A stretch of 64,000 bases of DNA from the human T2T-CHM13v2.0 reference genome, Homo sapiens, in NCBI RefSeq assembly GCF_009914755.1, contig NC_060939.1. One strand, written 5' to 3'. This document shows, in pieces, positions 49,360 to 64,000 of the stretch. How positions within the stretch are numbered: the stretch's first letter is position 1; every line of letters starts with the position of its first letter. The notes beneath the pieces are model-generated. The model was not told the origin of the DNA and searched no databases. It was given only the letters and a program-made list of their open reading frames with translations. The translations under genes and the position numbers were made by a program.

Positions 49360-52300
49360 AATGAAATGCTTATATTTTCCCCACTTGAGAATTTAGAGAA
49401 AGTATAATAACTCTAAAGTAGATGAAAGGAAATAATAAAGCATGAATTACTGAAATAGTAAACAGACATTTTATAGAAAGGATCAGTGAAGCCACAGTTT
49501 GTTTTTGGATAAGATTAACATAACTAATGAAGAGTGAACCCTAATGTAAACTATGGACTTTAATTAATCATAATGCATCCATATTGGTTCATCAGTTGTA
49601 ACAAATGTATCACATTATATACTAATACAATATAGATATAATGGGGAAACTATGTGTTGGTGGGAAGAGAGAGTATGTGGGAAACTTCAGTCGATTCTTC
49701 CGTGAACTTAAAGTTGCTCTAAAAATATAAAGTTTATTAATGTAAACAATTACTAGCAATATAGACAATTTTTGATTGTCTTGACTAGAAAACTTTTTTG
49801 TTTTGCTTTTCATTGACATTGTTGAGGAACATTTGACACTTTTGACCTGCTAATGTTCCCAATGTGGCTCACTGTACTTTGGACATATACAAAGCATAGT
49901 ATATATAAATAAATACTTTTGAATGAATGACTTTAAAGAAGGGTAACACAACTGGCAAAACACCAGCAAGATGATCAAGAAGAAAAGAGAGGAGGCAGAA
50001 ATAAGTGATACCCAGAAAGAAAAATGCTACAGAAGTGAATACGGTAATAATAGGATATAATGAACAACTTTATGCCAGTAAACTTAAAAGTGCTAAAATG
50101 GAAAAATGTCTGGAAAACATAACTTGCTAAAGTGGAGTCAAGAAGAAATAGGAAACTTGAATTATTCTATAGTCATTTAAGAAATTGAATTGGCTGTTAA
50201 AAATCTTTCCATAAAGAAAAGACCCAGATGGTTTAACTCTCTAGTTCTGCCAAACATTCAAAGAACAAATAATTTCAGTCCTACTTAAACCGTTGCAAAA
50301 TATAGCAGAGAAAAACCCAACAATCGGCAGTATTCTCCAAATCATATGAAGATAGCATAACTTTGATACCAAAAGTCTGTTAAGGATAATACAAGACAGG
50401 AGAATTGCATACCAACCTTGTGATTATGGATGCAAAAATTATCATCCTCGTTAACAAACAGAATTCAGCATAGTATAAAAAGATGATTATTCATATCCAA
50501 ATCGAGTTTATCCCAAGGAATTCAAGATTGGTTTAACATGTAATTTCACTATATTAACGGATTAAAGGAAGAAAATCATGATCATGTCAACAGATATAGA
50601 AGACATAGTAAAATTCAATATCTATTGTGATAAAACCTCTTTGCAATGTAGTTACAGAAGAGAACCTCTGTAATCTGATGTGGGATATTTGTAAAAAACC
50701 TACAATGAAGATTGAGCTTAATGATGAAGTGTTAAAACTTTTCTATTCATAGCCAGGAATAAGGCAAGTATGGCCGTCACACCCTTCTGCTCATTGTGTT
50801 ATAACTTCTACTTTACATTGTACTGGAGGTTCTAGTTGCAGTGATAAAGCTGGAAAGAAAAATTAAAAGTGTGAATTTTGGACAGGAAGAAGAAATGTAG
50901 ATAAATTGCTAGGATATTAGTAACAATTTGGCAGGTTTCAGGATATGAAAACCATTGAAAAGAATACATGAGCAATAAATAGATAATATACAGAAATTTA
51001 AATACATTAAACCATTTAAATAGCATAAAAAATGTACCTGTGCTGGGCATGGTGGCTCAGGCCTATAATCCCAGCTACTTAGGAAGCTGAGGCAGGACAA
51101 TTGCATGAACCCAGGAGTTTGAGGCTGCAGTGAGCTGTGACAGCAACTGCACTCCAGCCTGGTGGATAGCACAAGACCCCATCTCTTCAAAAACAACAAA
51201 AACAACAACAATAACAACAAAACCTATAAGATATTGGAGAAAACTAAGACGTATTATGAATGTATTGATGTATTGTAACCTGTGGCCTGGAATCGGCTGA
51301 GGCATGAAATTGACTGATGGCTCAGAATAGTAGGCCTAGAATAGTAGGCTGGCATTTCAGATCTGTGGGAAAAAGATGAACCTTTCAAATGGTTCTTGGG
51401 CAATTGGTTATCCATGTGGAAAAAAAAATTGGACCTCTACTTAACACCACACACAAATCAATTGCACAGTTAAGATACTTATATTTAAAAGCAAAACTGT
51501 AAAGCTTTTAGAAAATAATATGGGCTAATATTTTTATGACCTTAAAGGAAGATTTCTTAAGACAAAAATGTGCAAACAATTTTATGAAAGGTTAATAAAC
51601 TACTTAAAATTAAGAACATATTTATCAAAGATGCCAGAAAGAAATGGAAAAAACAAGCCTGGTAACTGTGAAAAATATTAATAACACACATATAATTGAC
51701 AAAGGACTAATATTCAGAGATTATAAATAACTCCTATCCAAAACAAAATAAATCTTTATTACAACCAGTAGAAAGGTGGACAAAAGCCTTATATAGGCAG
51801 TTCACAGAAAAGGAATGTTAAATGGCCAATACAAGAAACTTATAAAGGGATACTTAATCCCATTAATAATAGGGGAAATGTAAATTAAAACCATGAGATG
51901 CTATTTATCACCCATCTTAAAAAATAAAGTCCAGCAATATCAGCTGTTGAAGTTATGTATCAAAAAAAGCACTATTCCACCGTGGATCAGTCCAACTATT
52001 TGGAAAATAATTTGGAAATATCAAGTTAGGTTGAGGATGTGCAGATTTAATAACTCAGAAATTCTACTGGTAGGGAGTGTACAAGAGACCAACAACTGTT
52101 CATATCAGCACAGTAATAGTTACAAAAAACTGGAATTGGTCTCCATGTCCATCAGTAATGCAATGGACGAATGGGTCTGGTAGATTTGTGAGGTGAAGTC
52201 CTACGGTAATAAAAATGAATGAATTACATCAATATGGCTGAATCTCAGGAAAACAATATTGAACAAATAAAACATGACAGTATAATATATTAAGTATGAT

Positions 52301-52520
52301 TCTTATAGAAGGCTTAAAACTTGCCACTCTACATGATATATTGCTTAGTGACACACTCATTTTTAAAAATTATAAAGAAAATAAGGAAATGAACAAGATA
52401 AAATTCAAGATAGTGGTTACCTATAAGCCAGGAGCACAGGGTACTTCAAAAGTAACAAACTTTATTTTCCTTTTGAAATGGGATGGTGCATACACAGGGG
52501 TTCATTGTGTTGTTATTTAT
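49360..52520 (+). mobile_element. Old L1M fragments (ORF2 to 3' end) with a nested L1MC/MD 3' end (~49530-49740) and an Alu monomer (51041-51220)
   Basis: gacccagatggttt, gcataactttgataccaaaa, aaattaaaaccatgagatgc and other diverged ORF2 motifs. Confidence 0.65.
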
Positions 52521-53573
52521 GTATTACACATGTTTCATACCAACTCAGTGCTTAAAAACGTACATTATAGAAGACTGACAAGGGACTGAGACTTTTTGAA
52601 GGAAGGACTGATGGAGAGGTTGGAGAGGTGAAGGGAAACCAGCAGTGGGATCTGAGGAGAGATGGAGGTAAATTAAGAGGTTTCAGACTCTTGGAAGAAT
52701 TTCACATATGCATGTAACACACATGCACACAAAGGGTAACTGTCATGTTGCACTGGAATCAAGAAAAATGAGGATTGAGAATGATTATTGCGTTTGGCCA
52801 GAGGTCATTGATAGCTTTTAGGACTTTGATTTTGCCAGAGCTGTGGAAATGGAAGCCTTTCTGAAAATTTCAGAATTAATGTGGATGAATAAATGTGGCA
52901 GTTCATATCAACCGATAATTCTTGGTGCTTTTGAATGAAAGAAAGGAGAAAATAGACAGGTTAAGAATTTTTCAAAAGTTTGACAGTGGAGAGAATGGAG
53001 GAAGGGTAAGGGAAAATCATTCTGGAGAAAGGAGGAGAAGGTTAGTCTGGTGCTTAGGGCTAAGGAGTTGGAAAGGGATGGGATCTTCATTTAAACGACA
53101 CCACTGTCAGTACTGATGCACTGCAAGGCCTAGAAAATGAGATGTAGACACTCATTGGTGGGTATCACTGGGAAAATTATCAATTAAATGGTCATATTAC
53201 AAATATTTTCTACTGTATTCTTTTTTAAAAAAAGATATATTCAAAATCTGTTAATTTGGGAAAGGGGTAAAGACACTTCTCTTGCCTCTAGAGACCTCTG
53301 TTTCAGTCTCTGCTCAGAATTTGTCAAACAGCTTATAAATAGGAAAAGAATGGCTGTGTTATTGATGTTTAGAAAGAATTCCCCCAAATGCTACTGTCTG
53401 TAAGTTGTTCTTGACCTGCCCCATCATTCATGGCTGATAGTTGGATGAGCAACACTCTGGGGAGGGTATGCAGTAGTTGAATACATTTATGAGTTCCTAG
53501 TGGTAATGTTTTTCATTTGTCATGTTCCCTTCCCGCCAACTAACTTCACTTCTCCATCCCCTCATCATCTTTA

Positions 53574-53909
<336 letters not shown>

Positions 53910-53925
53910 TTAAAATTTAAGTATT

Positions 53926-54062
53926 GCCTGGGCATGGTGGTTCACATCTGTTATCTCAGCTCTTTGGGAGGCCAAGGTGGGAGGATCACTTGAGGCTAGG
54001 AGTTCGAGACTAGTGCAGGCCACATAGCGAGACCCCGTCGCTACAAAAATAAATAAAAATAA
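53926..54062 (+). mobile_element. FLAM / Alu left monomer
   Basis: Single monomer with A-rich tail. TSD aaaatttaagtatt. Confidence 0.8.
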
Positions 54063-54097
54063 AAAATTTAAGTATTTAAAACAAAAATCTAAATTAG

Positions 54098-54388
<291 letters not shown>

Positions 54389-55674
54389 TAGGCTGTCCAG
54401 GCTTGGATGCAGATGGAAACCTCTGACTGGTTTGAGGGCAGAAGAACTGGCAATTCACACCTGCCCCCTCCACCAGGTGATTATATGGATTCCTTCACAA
54501 GGAAAGTCAGGAGCCCTAGGACTTTAGCTGGTTCAGCCTTTCTATTCTGCCTCATGGCCTGGCCTGCATGTTAGATTTGGAGTCTTATTTACTTAAAAGT
54601 AGACTGCCATGATCAGTACCAGCTTGCTATCCTCAAATGAGGATGCTACTTTGATAGTAACACTTCTAGGAATTTATCTGACAGAAATATTCATGTAAGT
54701 GTGTGAGATACATGTCACTGATATTCACTAAAAAGTTTGTATTCGTGAAAAAAATACCAACAACCTGAATGTCAATAGGAGAATGGTTCAATAAACTGAT
54801 ACATCCAAGCGGTGAAATACTATGCAGCTGTTAAAACAAATGTTTAATATATATGTTATTGTACAGGGGAAAATGGTATGTTCAGAGACAGAAAACAAAT
54901 TGCAGAGTATTTTTGTAAGATATGAATGTGTTTGGATAATAAAAATATATTATATATGCAGATAAAGGTGTCTGGAAGGATACATACCAAACCCTTAACA
55001 GTAGCTCTCTGCAGGGGCTATGATTATGGAAAACTTGCACTTTTCAAAATATTTATTTTTGTGGTATTTGAAAATTTTACACAAAATGTATATTTTTGTA
55101 ATTAGAAGAAAATAATAAAGATAAATTTTATTTCCCTAATGGACTTACCTGTGGTTCATCCTTCACAAGTGTCATATCTTTGGCACTGCCACCAAAAGAT
55201 GTACTCTGTGGGGCATGGCTTTTGTACCAAACCAGTTTTGAAGCTCTTAGGCACATGAATTCTCAATGTTTAATGTTTAAAGTAACACTTCATTTTTTTA
55301 AAAAAACAATTCTCACATTTTAAAGGGTATGTTCTCATCCTGTGATCCAGAGAATGGGGTTGAGGGTCTATTCATTTCTTATCTCATTTTATAGACTTCA
55401 AGAGATTTGAAGGCTGCTTTCTTCTTTACTCAGATTATTAGTGTGCTTTTATTTGAAGATTCCTCTGGGGTCAGTTTTAGTTTTTCTGCTCTATACTTTG
55501 TCTATAGTCCCCCTCTCCTGACCCCTTTAACCACTTTATTAAGGTTTAATTTATATACCATAAAATTCACCTGTTCCAATTCACATTTGTCTTTCTGGTG
55601 TAGTATTGTAGGAGAATTTGCTATAGGACCCTGGGAATTGAGTGGTCTGAACTCTGTTTGGTTGAGCTCTGTGA

Positions 55675-56320
<646 letters not shown>

Positions 56321-59300
56321 AGGTATGCTTTCTTGATTGCACAGACCAGAGACAAGCTAGCTTGGGTTGGGGTGAGATAGCTTATTGAAAGCATATGTGT
56401 GAAATGAGATTGGAAATAATATTCATGAAAATGGAAAAACAGGAGTCTTATTGGAGTGACGTCTCATAAAAATTGGAGCCAGATTTTCATTCTGGATCCA
56501 AGATAGCTCTAGAGACCACATCAGTAAAAGTTTATGGATCCTGCCTCTGGAACTCCACTGTTGTCCTTGGATTTGGGTGTCTGTTTGTATCTCCACTATT
56601 ATCCTGTATGTCTTTTCTCTGTCTCATAGCTTTTGCCTACTGTCATGTCTTCATCTTTGTACATTCACCTTGCCCTGACTTCTTACCCTATTATCCTGTC
56701 TGTTTTCACCTTATTTCTGTTGCCTACTGCTTCAATCTCTTGTGTTTCTGAGCACACAGGCTCAAGAGCAGGATGCGGCTCTGCTTATCTTTTCATGCCA
56801 GCCCATCACAGAGGTTGCACCTATGGATTGGCTGCGCTTGGGTTGGTTAGTCACCTCCTAATCCAATCAGTGGTGATCGGAGTGGAGTCACAAAGTGTCA
56901 AACATGTTTCTTGTGAGCATGGGATTACTGCCTAGAAGGGAATTTGGGCCGAGCAGTTATCACACTTGACAGTGCAGAGCCTTATGGGGATAGAAGTTAG
57001 GAATGTTGACTGGGACATATCCTCTCAGAGCACTTGAGAGATGAGATATGTTTTTATCTGTATCTTAGTACTGATTCTCCAGAATGGGGTATTTCCTGTT
57101 CTGAAGGTGGGACGTCTGAAGGGGAACCTAGATGGGAGAAAAAGAGGGAAACCTGATGATTGAAGAAACTCCACAGGTGACTTTTATTTATACCATGCCT
57201 TCCCCTCCTTCTCACCCACTTTGAATCCCCTCTTATTTGAGAATCTGTGTACTAAATGCAAGTTAAACTCTTTCTCTGGTTCTCTTAATTTAACGAGCTT
57301 TCAAAAGTATTTTCAAATATTTATTTGGGTTGAAATATAGGGTCTTATTCTAGTTTAAGGTAAACAGATAAATCCTGCACATTATAGAAGTGATGCTGAA
57401 AACCATCAAGGTCATACACTATCTCAGCATTTTCCAGGAACCTAATTATTCTTTGAGAAAATGGAGCCTCTATTATCTTGACGTTTGTGACCAAAATTTG
57501 CTACAAATGTTGGGATCATATTATTAAATCTTGTTATTTGCCTGTTTCTTACCTCTCTTTGTGTCCTACCCACAAGAATACCACACATTTATCTTGTTAG
57601 GAAGTATTCCTAACAATATACGTTCTGTAAAATATCCTAAGGGGATGTAATGTCTTTGAATCCTTTAGCCTAGAATTGAGATATAGAAGACAGAAATAGA
57701 TTCACATGGGTTAATAATTTGAAATTCATCAAAAGGAATACTGCTGTCATTTCTACTGTATAGCCATTTTTTATACCTGAGCAAATACTGCTGTTGCTGA
57801 ACTTTTGAAGTTTTTATCTAATTCATCTTTTAAAATATTTTAAATAAATTTACAAGTTTATATACATACATACACACGTGTATATATATATTGCATATAT
57901 AGTATATATTGTGTATATGTATATCTATTTCAATTTATATATATATACACATATATTTCAATTTTTTTGTAGAGATGAGATCTTGCTATGTTGCCCAGAC
58001 TGGTCTCAACCTCCTGGATGCAAGCCTTGTACCCATTTCCTAAAGTTTTGGGATTACAAGTGTGAGCCACCATACCTGGCCCAAGTTCATATTTACTATA
58101 GAAAATTTAGTATGTGTTATAGAATATACAGTAAAACACAAAAATGGAAGAGAAATCACTGTCAGTTTACCGCCAGTTATTTTATATTTTCAATTTTTAT
58201 ATTTAATGCAAGTTGTATGTGTATGCACACACTGTGAGGTAAATATCTGACTTTATTTCCCCCGCAAATAGCTTACTTATTCTAACACCTGTCAGATGTG
58301 ATTATTAAGTACAATATTATTGCTGACATGGTGTTGACACCTCTGCATAAGTGAGGCAGTTTGGGTGGGGCTGTTAAGGACTAGAGAGTGAATTATGCCC
58401 ACTCATGGAATACCTCCCCCAATTCCTGGATAAAGGCCAGTATCATTCAGCTCCACTTGATTGATTGATACCCTGTGGGAATTTTTTTTTTTTTCAAGAA
58501 AAGTTGGCATCAAGATTTTTGGTAAAATCTTCCAAGTTTCAAAATGACGGCAACTTATTTAAAAATTGTAAAACACCATGTAGAACACACTGCAGTGGGC
58601 TTTAGCTTATGAGCTTTTAGTTAGTAACCTCAGGCATATAGTCTAGCTAATAGACTAGTGGTACACTTGGGATTCACCCAAGAGTCAGCCATATGCAGTG
58701 AGGTTGTCCTCTAAACGTGGAGACCAAGGATATAGCAGCCTTCTGCAAAGAGGTCCATATGCAAGTTGATCACTTTGTAAATACCTCTGTTAGGGTTAGT
58801 GGTTGTGGGCAGAAGGAGGATTTACGCATGTGTTGATTTCAGCTCTGTGGCTCTCTGGTTTTATACTCCAAAGACTAGGCCATGGAGACACTGACTCATG
58901 CCATCTAATTACAGACAAGGCCAGCATGTAGCAGAAAGTCATCTCTTATTCAGAGGCAGTAGCTTCCCTTTCCTTCTGGCTGTGTGAATGTTTACCCATG
59001 GTCCTAACTTGCCTTATTCTTTCCAGAATGAGGCTGGGAGGGAAGAGTTCCATTACCCCTCATTTGACTGAAGGGTAGATTTTGTTCTCGTCAGACAATG
59101 AATGCTTTACTTTGTGAAGTATTCAGTTGATACCAGGCGTAAGAAACTAGGTACACGATAGTTCACTTCTGAGCTAGGTGTCCCGTATGCCTGATTTTGT
59201 TTTATCTTCACAGCAACTCTGTGATGGGTATTACTCTGATTTTACACATGTGCAAAAATGGAGTTCAGAGAGGTGAAGACACTTTCCCAAGGACAGAGTA

Positions 59301-61395
59301 ATTTCTAGCATGTGGTAGTAGTCCTAGAACCCACATTTCCAGCGTATTCACTTGGACCATTAGTCTCTTGGAAGTCAGGCCACAACTAAAGGAAATTCCT
59401 CCTGAGGCTTGAGTATCTCCTTTCCACTAGGGATTGCTATGGACGTCTTGTGGCCAACACTACCTACATCCCTGTGGTCTTCAGTCACTGCCCACGATGC
59501 AAGCCACATGATCTGGCCCTCTTATAGTCTCTTCCCCATGTTTCTCTGTGATTCTGTCAGCCTCTTTCAATCTCCCATTATTCCCCTCCTTACCAAAACT
59601 TACTGTGAAAACATTCCAAGGGAAACAAACATCGCTACATCCTCAATGTCTTTTTATTGACGTTTCCCCCTTCTGCCTGGCTGTCTTCTGATGACATTGC
59701 CTGCCTTGTACCTTTTCCAAGTGAATGCTACTCCTTCGTTCATGTTCCACGTATCTCTGGGTTAGCATATGGGATTGCCATTCTTTTTGTTCCCAGATCT
59801 GATTACAAAAGTTAATTCTTCTACCCTTGTTTTCAAACTTCTCCTTTCAAGACTCAGACCATCCAATTATTCACCTTTCCAGTCATTGTCAGCTCCTGGT
59901 GATGTTTCCTGTTCATTAGTGACTTTGGCACCCAGCCTCATAATTGTTCTTTTCACCTGAATCTTCTAAGGTGGCTTTTACCATCCCTGAGAATGACTTC
60001 TTCAACAGCTTATCCTCTCAACAACATTGGTTCTCCACTTCACCTACCCATTGTCATGACTACTTTCTGGATTTTAGCATCACCTTGAGCTATTCATCTT
60101 TGACATTTCAAATTTAAATACTTCCTTCTCTACAATCTTTGATTCTCCCAGCTTTCTTTCTTTCACCTGACTAATGAGTTACCCATTCTTTGACTTCATA
60201 ATGTTCTCTAGTTTTTTGACTCCCATCAGCCTCTTTCTTCATTCACTTCCTGCCTCATACAGCCCAGATTTGTCATTTCACTGACAGTCTTCCCAGCATC
60301 TTCAGTCTCTTTGGTTCTTGACTTTCTGTCATATTTTTCCCAATAAAACTTTAACCCTTGATAAAGTTAATTCTCTACACGTCTTCATCCTTGTATTTGG
60401 GCTAGGTTCTCAAGTGGTCCTCCAGACTGCTGGCAGATTTCCCATCTCTCTCTCTATTAGGTCTTGCTTACTCTTCCCAGCAGCTATTTTAAACCTTCTG
60501 GTCTCCTTCAGCCTACCTGTCATCCCCTCCTCCACAATCTCAGCAGACATTCTTACTTTCTATTTCACAGAAAAGAGAAGAACTCTCACCTGCTTGCCAC
60601 TGTACCTCAAAACGTAATGGTATGGGCATTTTTGTTTGCCTCCTGTCACTGGCAAAAACCTGTGCTCTGGACTTACCTTCTGTTTATGATCTTTTCTTCA
60701 GTATCTTCCACCTGTCCCTCTGTACTGGCTTGTAACCATCAGCTTTTAATCATGCTCAAGTCTGTCTTGTCTTAAAAAATACATAAATCCTTCTTTCAGC
60801 CCCACATTCCTCTGCATGTTTCCTCTTCCCGCTTCTTAGTCAAAGTTATACTACAATTACTCTCTCAATTACTCTGATGATATGACCCACACCTTATACT
60901 AATGACGTGCATTAGCAGTGTGAAATTGATCCTTGATCTATGACTCTCCAGGGTAATGCTAGGCATAGAGATATTATAAGTAAGTGTCAACCTTTTTTTT
61001 ACTCCAGGGTTTCTTATTCTGGTTCTTATTCTTATACCCTTCCAAGCAAAACTGCCAATGATCAAAGGAATCAAGACAATGTGGATGTGTAATTATTAGA
61101 TTTACTATCTACACAGCAGGCCTTCAAAGGTGGAGAAGTTCTCAGTGATGTCAGAGTTCAGGGTGTGGCCACAGTACTGGGTGGCAGGTGTGGACTGGCA
61201 TCATACTGAGAAAAACCAAAAGCGGGTGAGGCCAAATGTAATCAGAAGTGCTCTGTACGTGGTCTAGTTTCATGTTGGAGGAAGGTCTGGAGAGGTCTTC
61301 GGGTTGGGTTTGTGCAGCAAAAGAAAACTTAATCAGTTTGCTATTCATAGTTGTTTCTAGATCATTTTTCCTCTCATTTTCCTAACCCCTGTCAC

Positions 61396-61686
61396 TTTTT
61401 TTTTTTTTTTTTAAGACAAGAGTCTCATTCTATCACCCAGGCTGGAGTGCAGTGGTGATCATAGCTCACTGCAGCCCAGAACTTCTAGACTCAAGCAGTC
61501 CTCCTGCCTCAGCCTCCCAAGTAGCTAAGACTACAGGCATGTGCCACCATGCCTGGCTAATTTTTTAAATTTCTTATAGAGATGACGGTCTTGTTATGTT
61601 GTCCAGGCTGGTCTTGGCTCAAGTGATCCTCCTGTTTTGGCCTTCCAAAGCACTTGGATTATTGGTGTGAGCCACTGTGCCTGACC
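61396..61686 (-). mobile_element. AluJ
   Basis: gatcatagctcactgcagcc diagnostic and poly-T. Confidence 0.85.
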
Positions 61687-61902
61687 CCATCTCAGTTTTG
61701 ACACATACCATCAGAGTCAACCACCCTTCACCTCTCCTTGTGGCAGTCTTCTCATAAAGATAGTTATCCTGTTACCTGTATCAGCTTTATAGTTGTGCTT
61801 TACAATTCTGTCAAATAAGCCATATTAGTTGATTTATAACTTACAAAGTTATACATTGATTTAAAATGTAAAAACATAGTATTAAGATATAAAAGGTAAC
61901 CA

Positions 61903-62190
61903 GGTTCAGTGGCTCACATCTGTAATCCCGGCACTTTGGGAGACCGAGGCAGAAGGATCACTTAAGGACAGGAGTTTGAGACCTGCCGGGGCAACACAGT
62001 GAAACCCCATCTCTACAAAAAATAAAATAAAAATTACCCTTGTGTGCCTGCAGTCCCTGCTACTCTGGAGGCTGAGGCAGGAGGATCGCTTGAGCCCAGG
62101 AGTTTGAGGCTGCAGTGAGCTATGATTGTGCCACTGCATCCAGCCTGAATGTTACAGTGAAACCCCGTATCTTAAAAAAAATTAAAAAAT
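61903..62190 (+). mobile_element. AluJ
   Basis: gcttgagcccaggagtttgaggctgcagtgagctatgatt diagnostic. Confidence 0.85.
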
Positions 62191-64000
62191 AAAAGTGGTA
62201 TTTCCTGTGGAGGGAGACTTTTGGTTACAGTTGGTGTACAACTTATGTATATAATAGTTATAAGTTCATACATAAGGAATTTAGGAACATGTCTTCAGAT
62301 AACTCAGGTTCTGCCTGTATTTCTGTTATTTTCGTTGTCAGGCAAAATACTCTACCATACACTGAAACATAAAGGACACTTTCAGGAGGTTCAGATCTTC
62401 TTCCATAACTTCAGTGTTTCTTTTTTATTTTATGGAAAGTTTTCTCTCGTCAGGTTTCTATGTATGCGTTAGTGAACATTTCCAGTGTTTTGGAAGTTGA
62501 ACACTAAACTCCTTACATGAAGTTTTACTGAATACAGAGATGTTTTGGCAGGTCCTAGTGACAAATGTGCACCTTCTGTGAGACAATTATCCATGGCACT
62601 TTAAAACCATGGGCAAGGGAGCAATTCTTTTCCCATAACTCCCTATTAGCAGCAGAAATTGTCTGGAAGATATCTCCCATAATTAACTTCAGGTCTTCCA
62701 ATTTTTTTTTCAGTTCCCTGGAATATAAAAAGATTGAATTGTTGCTTGACTGATTAGATCTGTGCCTTGAAATGAAGCAGTTTAGTTTGGAATGCCTGGG
62801 AAGTAAAGCAGCAGCATTCTGTCCCTGAATGCTGTTGCAGGGATTAGTTCAATATGTAGCTTCAGGACTTTGTTACAAATCAGAAAGATCATTTAGCATG
62901 CTTAAAAAATTTTGTCTCCTGAAAAGTGTTATGCATTTTCTACTTTTTAAATAATTTCCACTAGCAATAATAATAATATCTAGCATGATAAGCCCTGTAA
63001 TTGTTTTTATGTATTTTTTAATTTGATCACACATACACAAAAGTGGTAAATGGCATTTTTTAAAGAGACATAATGTGGCTGAAGTCACAGCAGAAGAGCT
63101 GTGCTTGTGGACTTTTTTTCTCTAATGGATATGGGACTTCTTTCCCCAACCTTTGAAATTTAGGTTAAAGTTGTTTGGAAAGGGTTAAGATGAAAAAGGC
63201 GTTGAAAGAGGAATTGGGAGGCCTGGCTCAGAGCCAAGCCTTTGTCAGCTGTGTAACTGACCATGGCATTTCCTCTTTCTCACCATTGAATACATTTGAG
63301 AAACTCCAGGTTAAACAGAGTTGGACAGACTTCTCACAGGGCTTCTCTGAACCTTTAGTATGTATGTGTGATGTGAGCTCCAAGGCTGGCTGTATTTGTC
63401 AGCTGTATTATTTGATCAGACACTTAGTTTTGAGGATGTAGATTTTCAGGTGGAAACACTTGGTGTATCATTAGCTTTCAGTTCCTCTCTAGATCTGAAC
63501 CTGCCCTTCCTGAATGAATTTCAAAGAATCTGGAAATGGACGCGTACTTAGGGGAGCATAGATAAGTAGATAGGTATTCGTTTTTCTGACTATTCCCTAA
63601 AAGGTCTGTAACTCCAATAAAAGGTAAGAGCACTGTTGTATAGGAAGCCTGAAATGTCTGTACGAGTGCATTTTTAGACTCTGTAAAGAACTTGACTGGA
63701 GACCCAGTCTCTGAAACTTCAGTATCAGGTCCCGGTCGTATCACAAAGGATGGAAAAGTGCTTGAAGTTCTCCCACTCTAAAGTCTGGAGTTTAGCCAGA
63801 TGAATAGGCAAGTGTTGTTTCCCCAGTTGCAAAGTATGAAGGAATCTAAGACCCGAGAAGTGACTAAGATGGTTCGATAGCCCTGGGTGTATTTCTGGCT
63901 TGCTTCTTTTGGGACCTTGGGTCAGTCTCTTACCTTTTGAGGGCGTTAGCATGTTTTTCTATGGAATAAAGGCTTAGGCTGAGAAAATGCTGAGTGATTC

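Overview
Primate (human-like) genomic DNA that I recognise as chr15q25.2. It has three parts. (1) The last two coding exons and 3'UTR of ADAMTSL3 (+, 724-~3780; TSP1 repeat plus PLAC domain). (2) A duplicated, unprocessed and disabled copy of the ciliary gene SAXO2/FAM154B on the minus strand (exons 44050-43998, 35905-35726 and 18006-17065). Both start codons are lost, it has a +1 frameshift, and one internal exon appears to be missing. (3) Head-to-head with it across a CpG-island promoter, the first four exons of the EFL1 duplicate EFL1P1 (+). These still splice into an open frame but carry His30Arg in the GTPase P-loop. The rest is interspersed repeat (L1, Alu, L2, MIR, LTRs, hAT MITEs). The best observations are two structurally unusual L1PA insertions that can be read against each other. 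One (36761-42516) is a precisely spliced L1 with its GT-AG 5'UTR intron removed (SpIRE type). The other (6355-9810) has a ~2.7 kb internal deletion fusing ORF1 in frame to ORF2-RT and keeps an extended open antisense ORF0. There is also a degenerate TTAGGG-like array in the ADAMTSL3 3'UTR. I found no convincing wholly novel biological system. Gene and repeat names come from recognition of the sequence, not from a database search, and repeat boundaries without TSDs are approximate.
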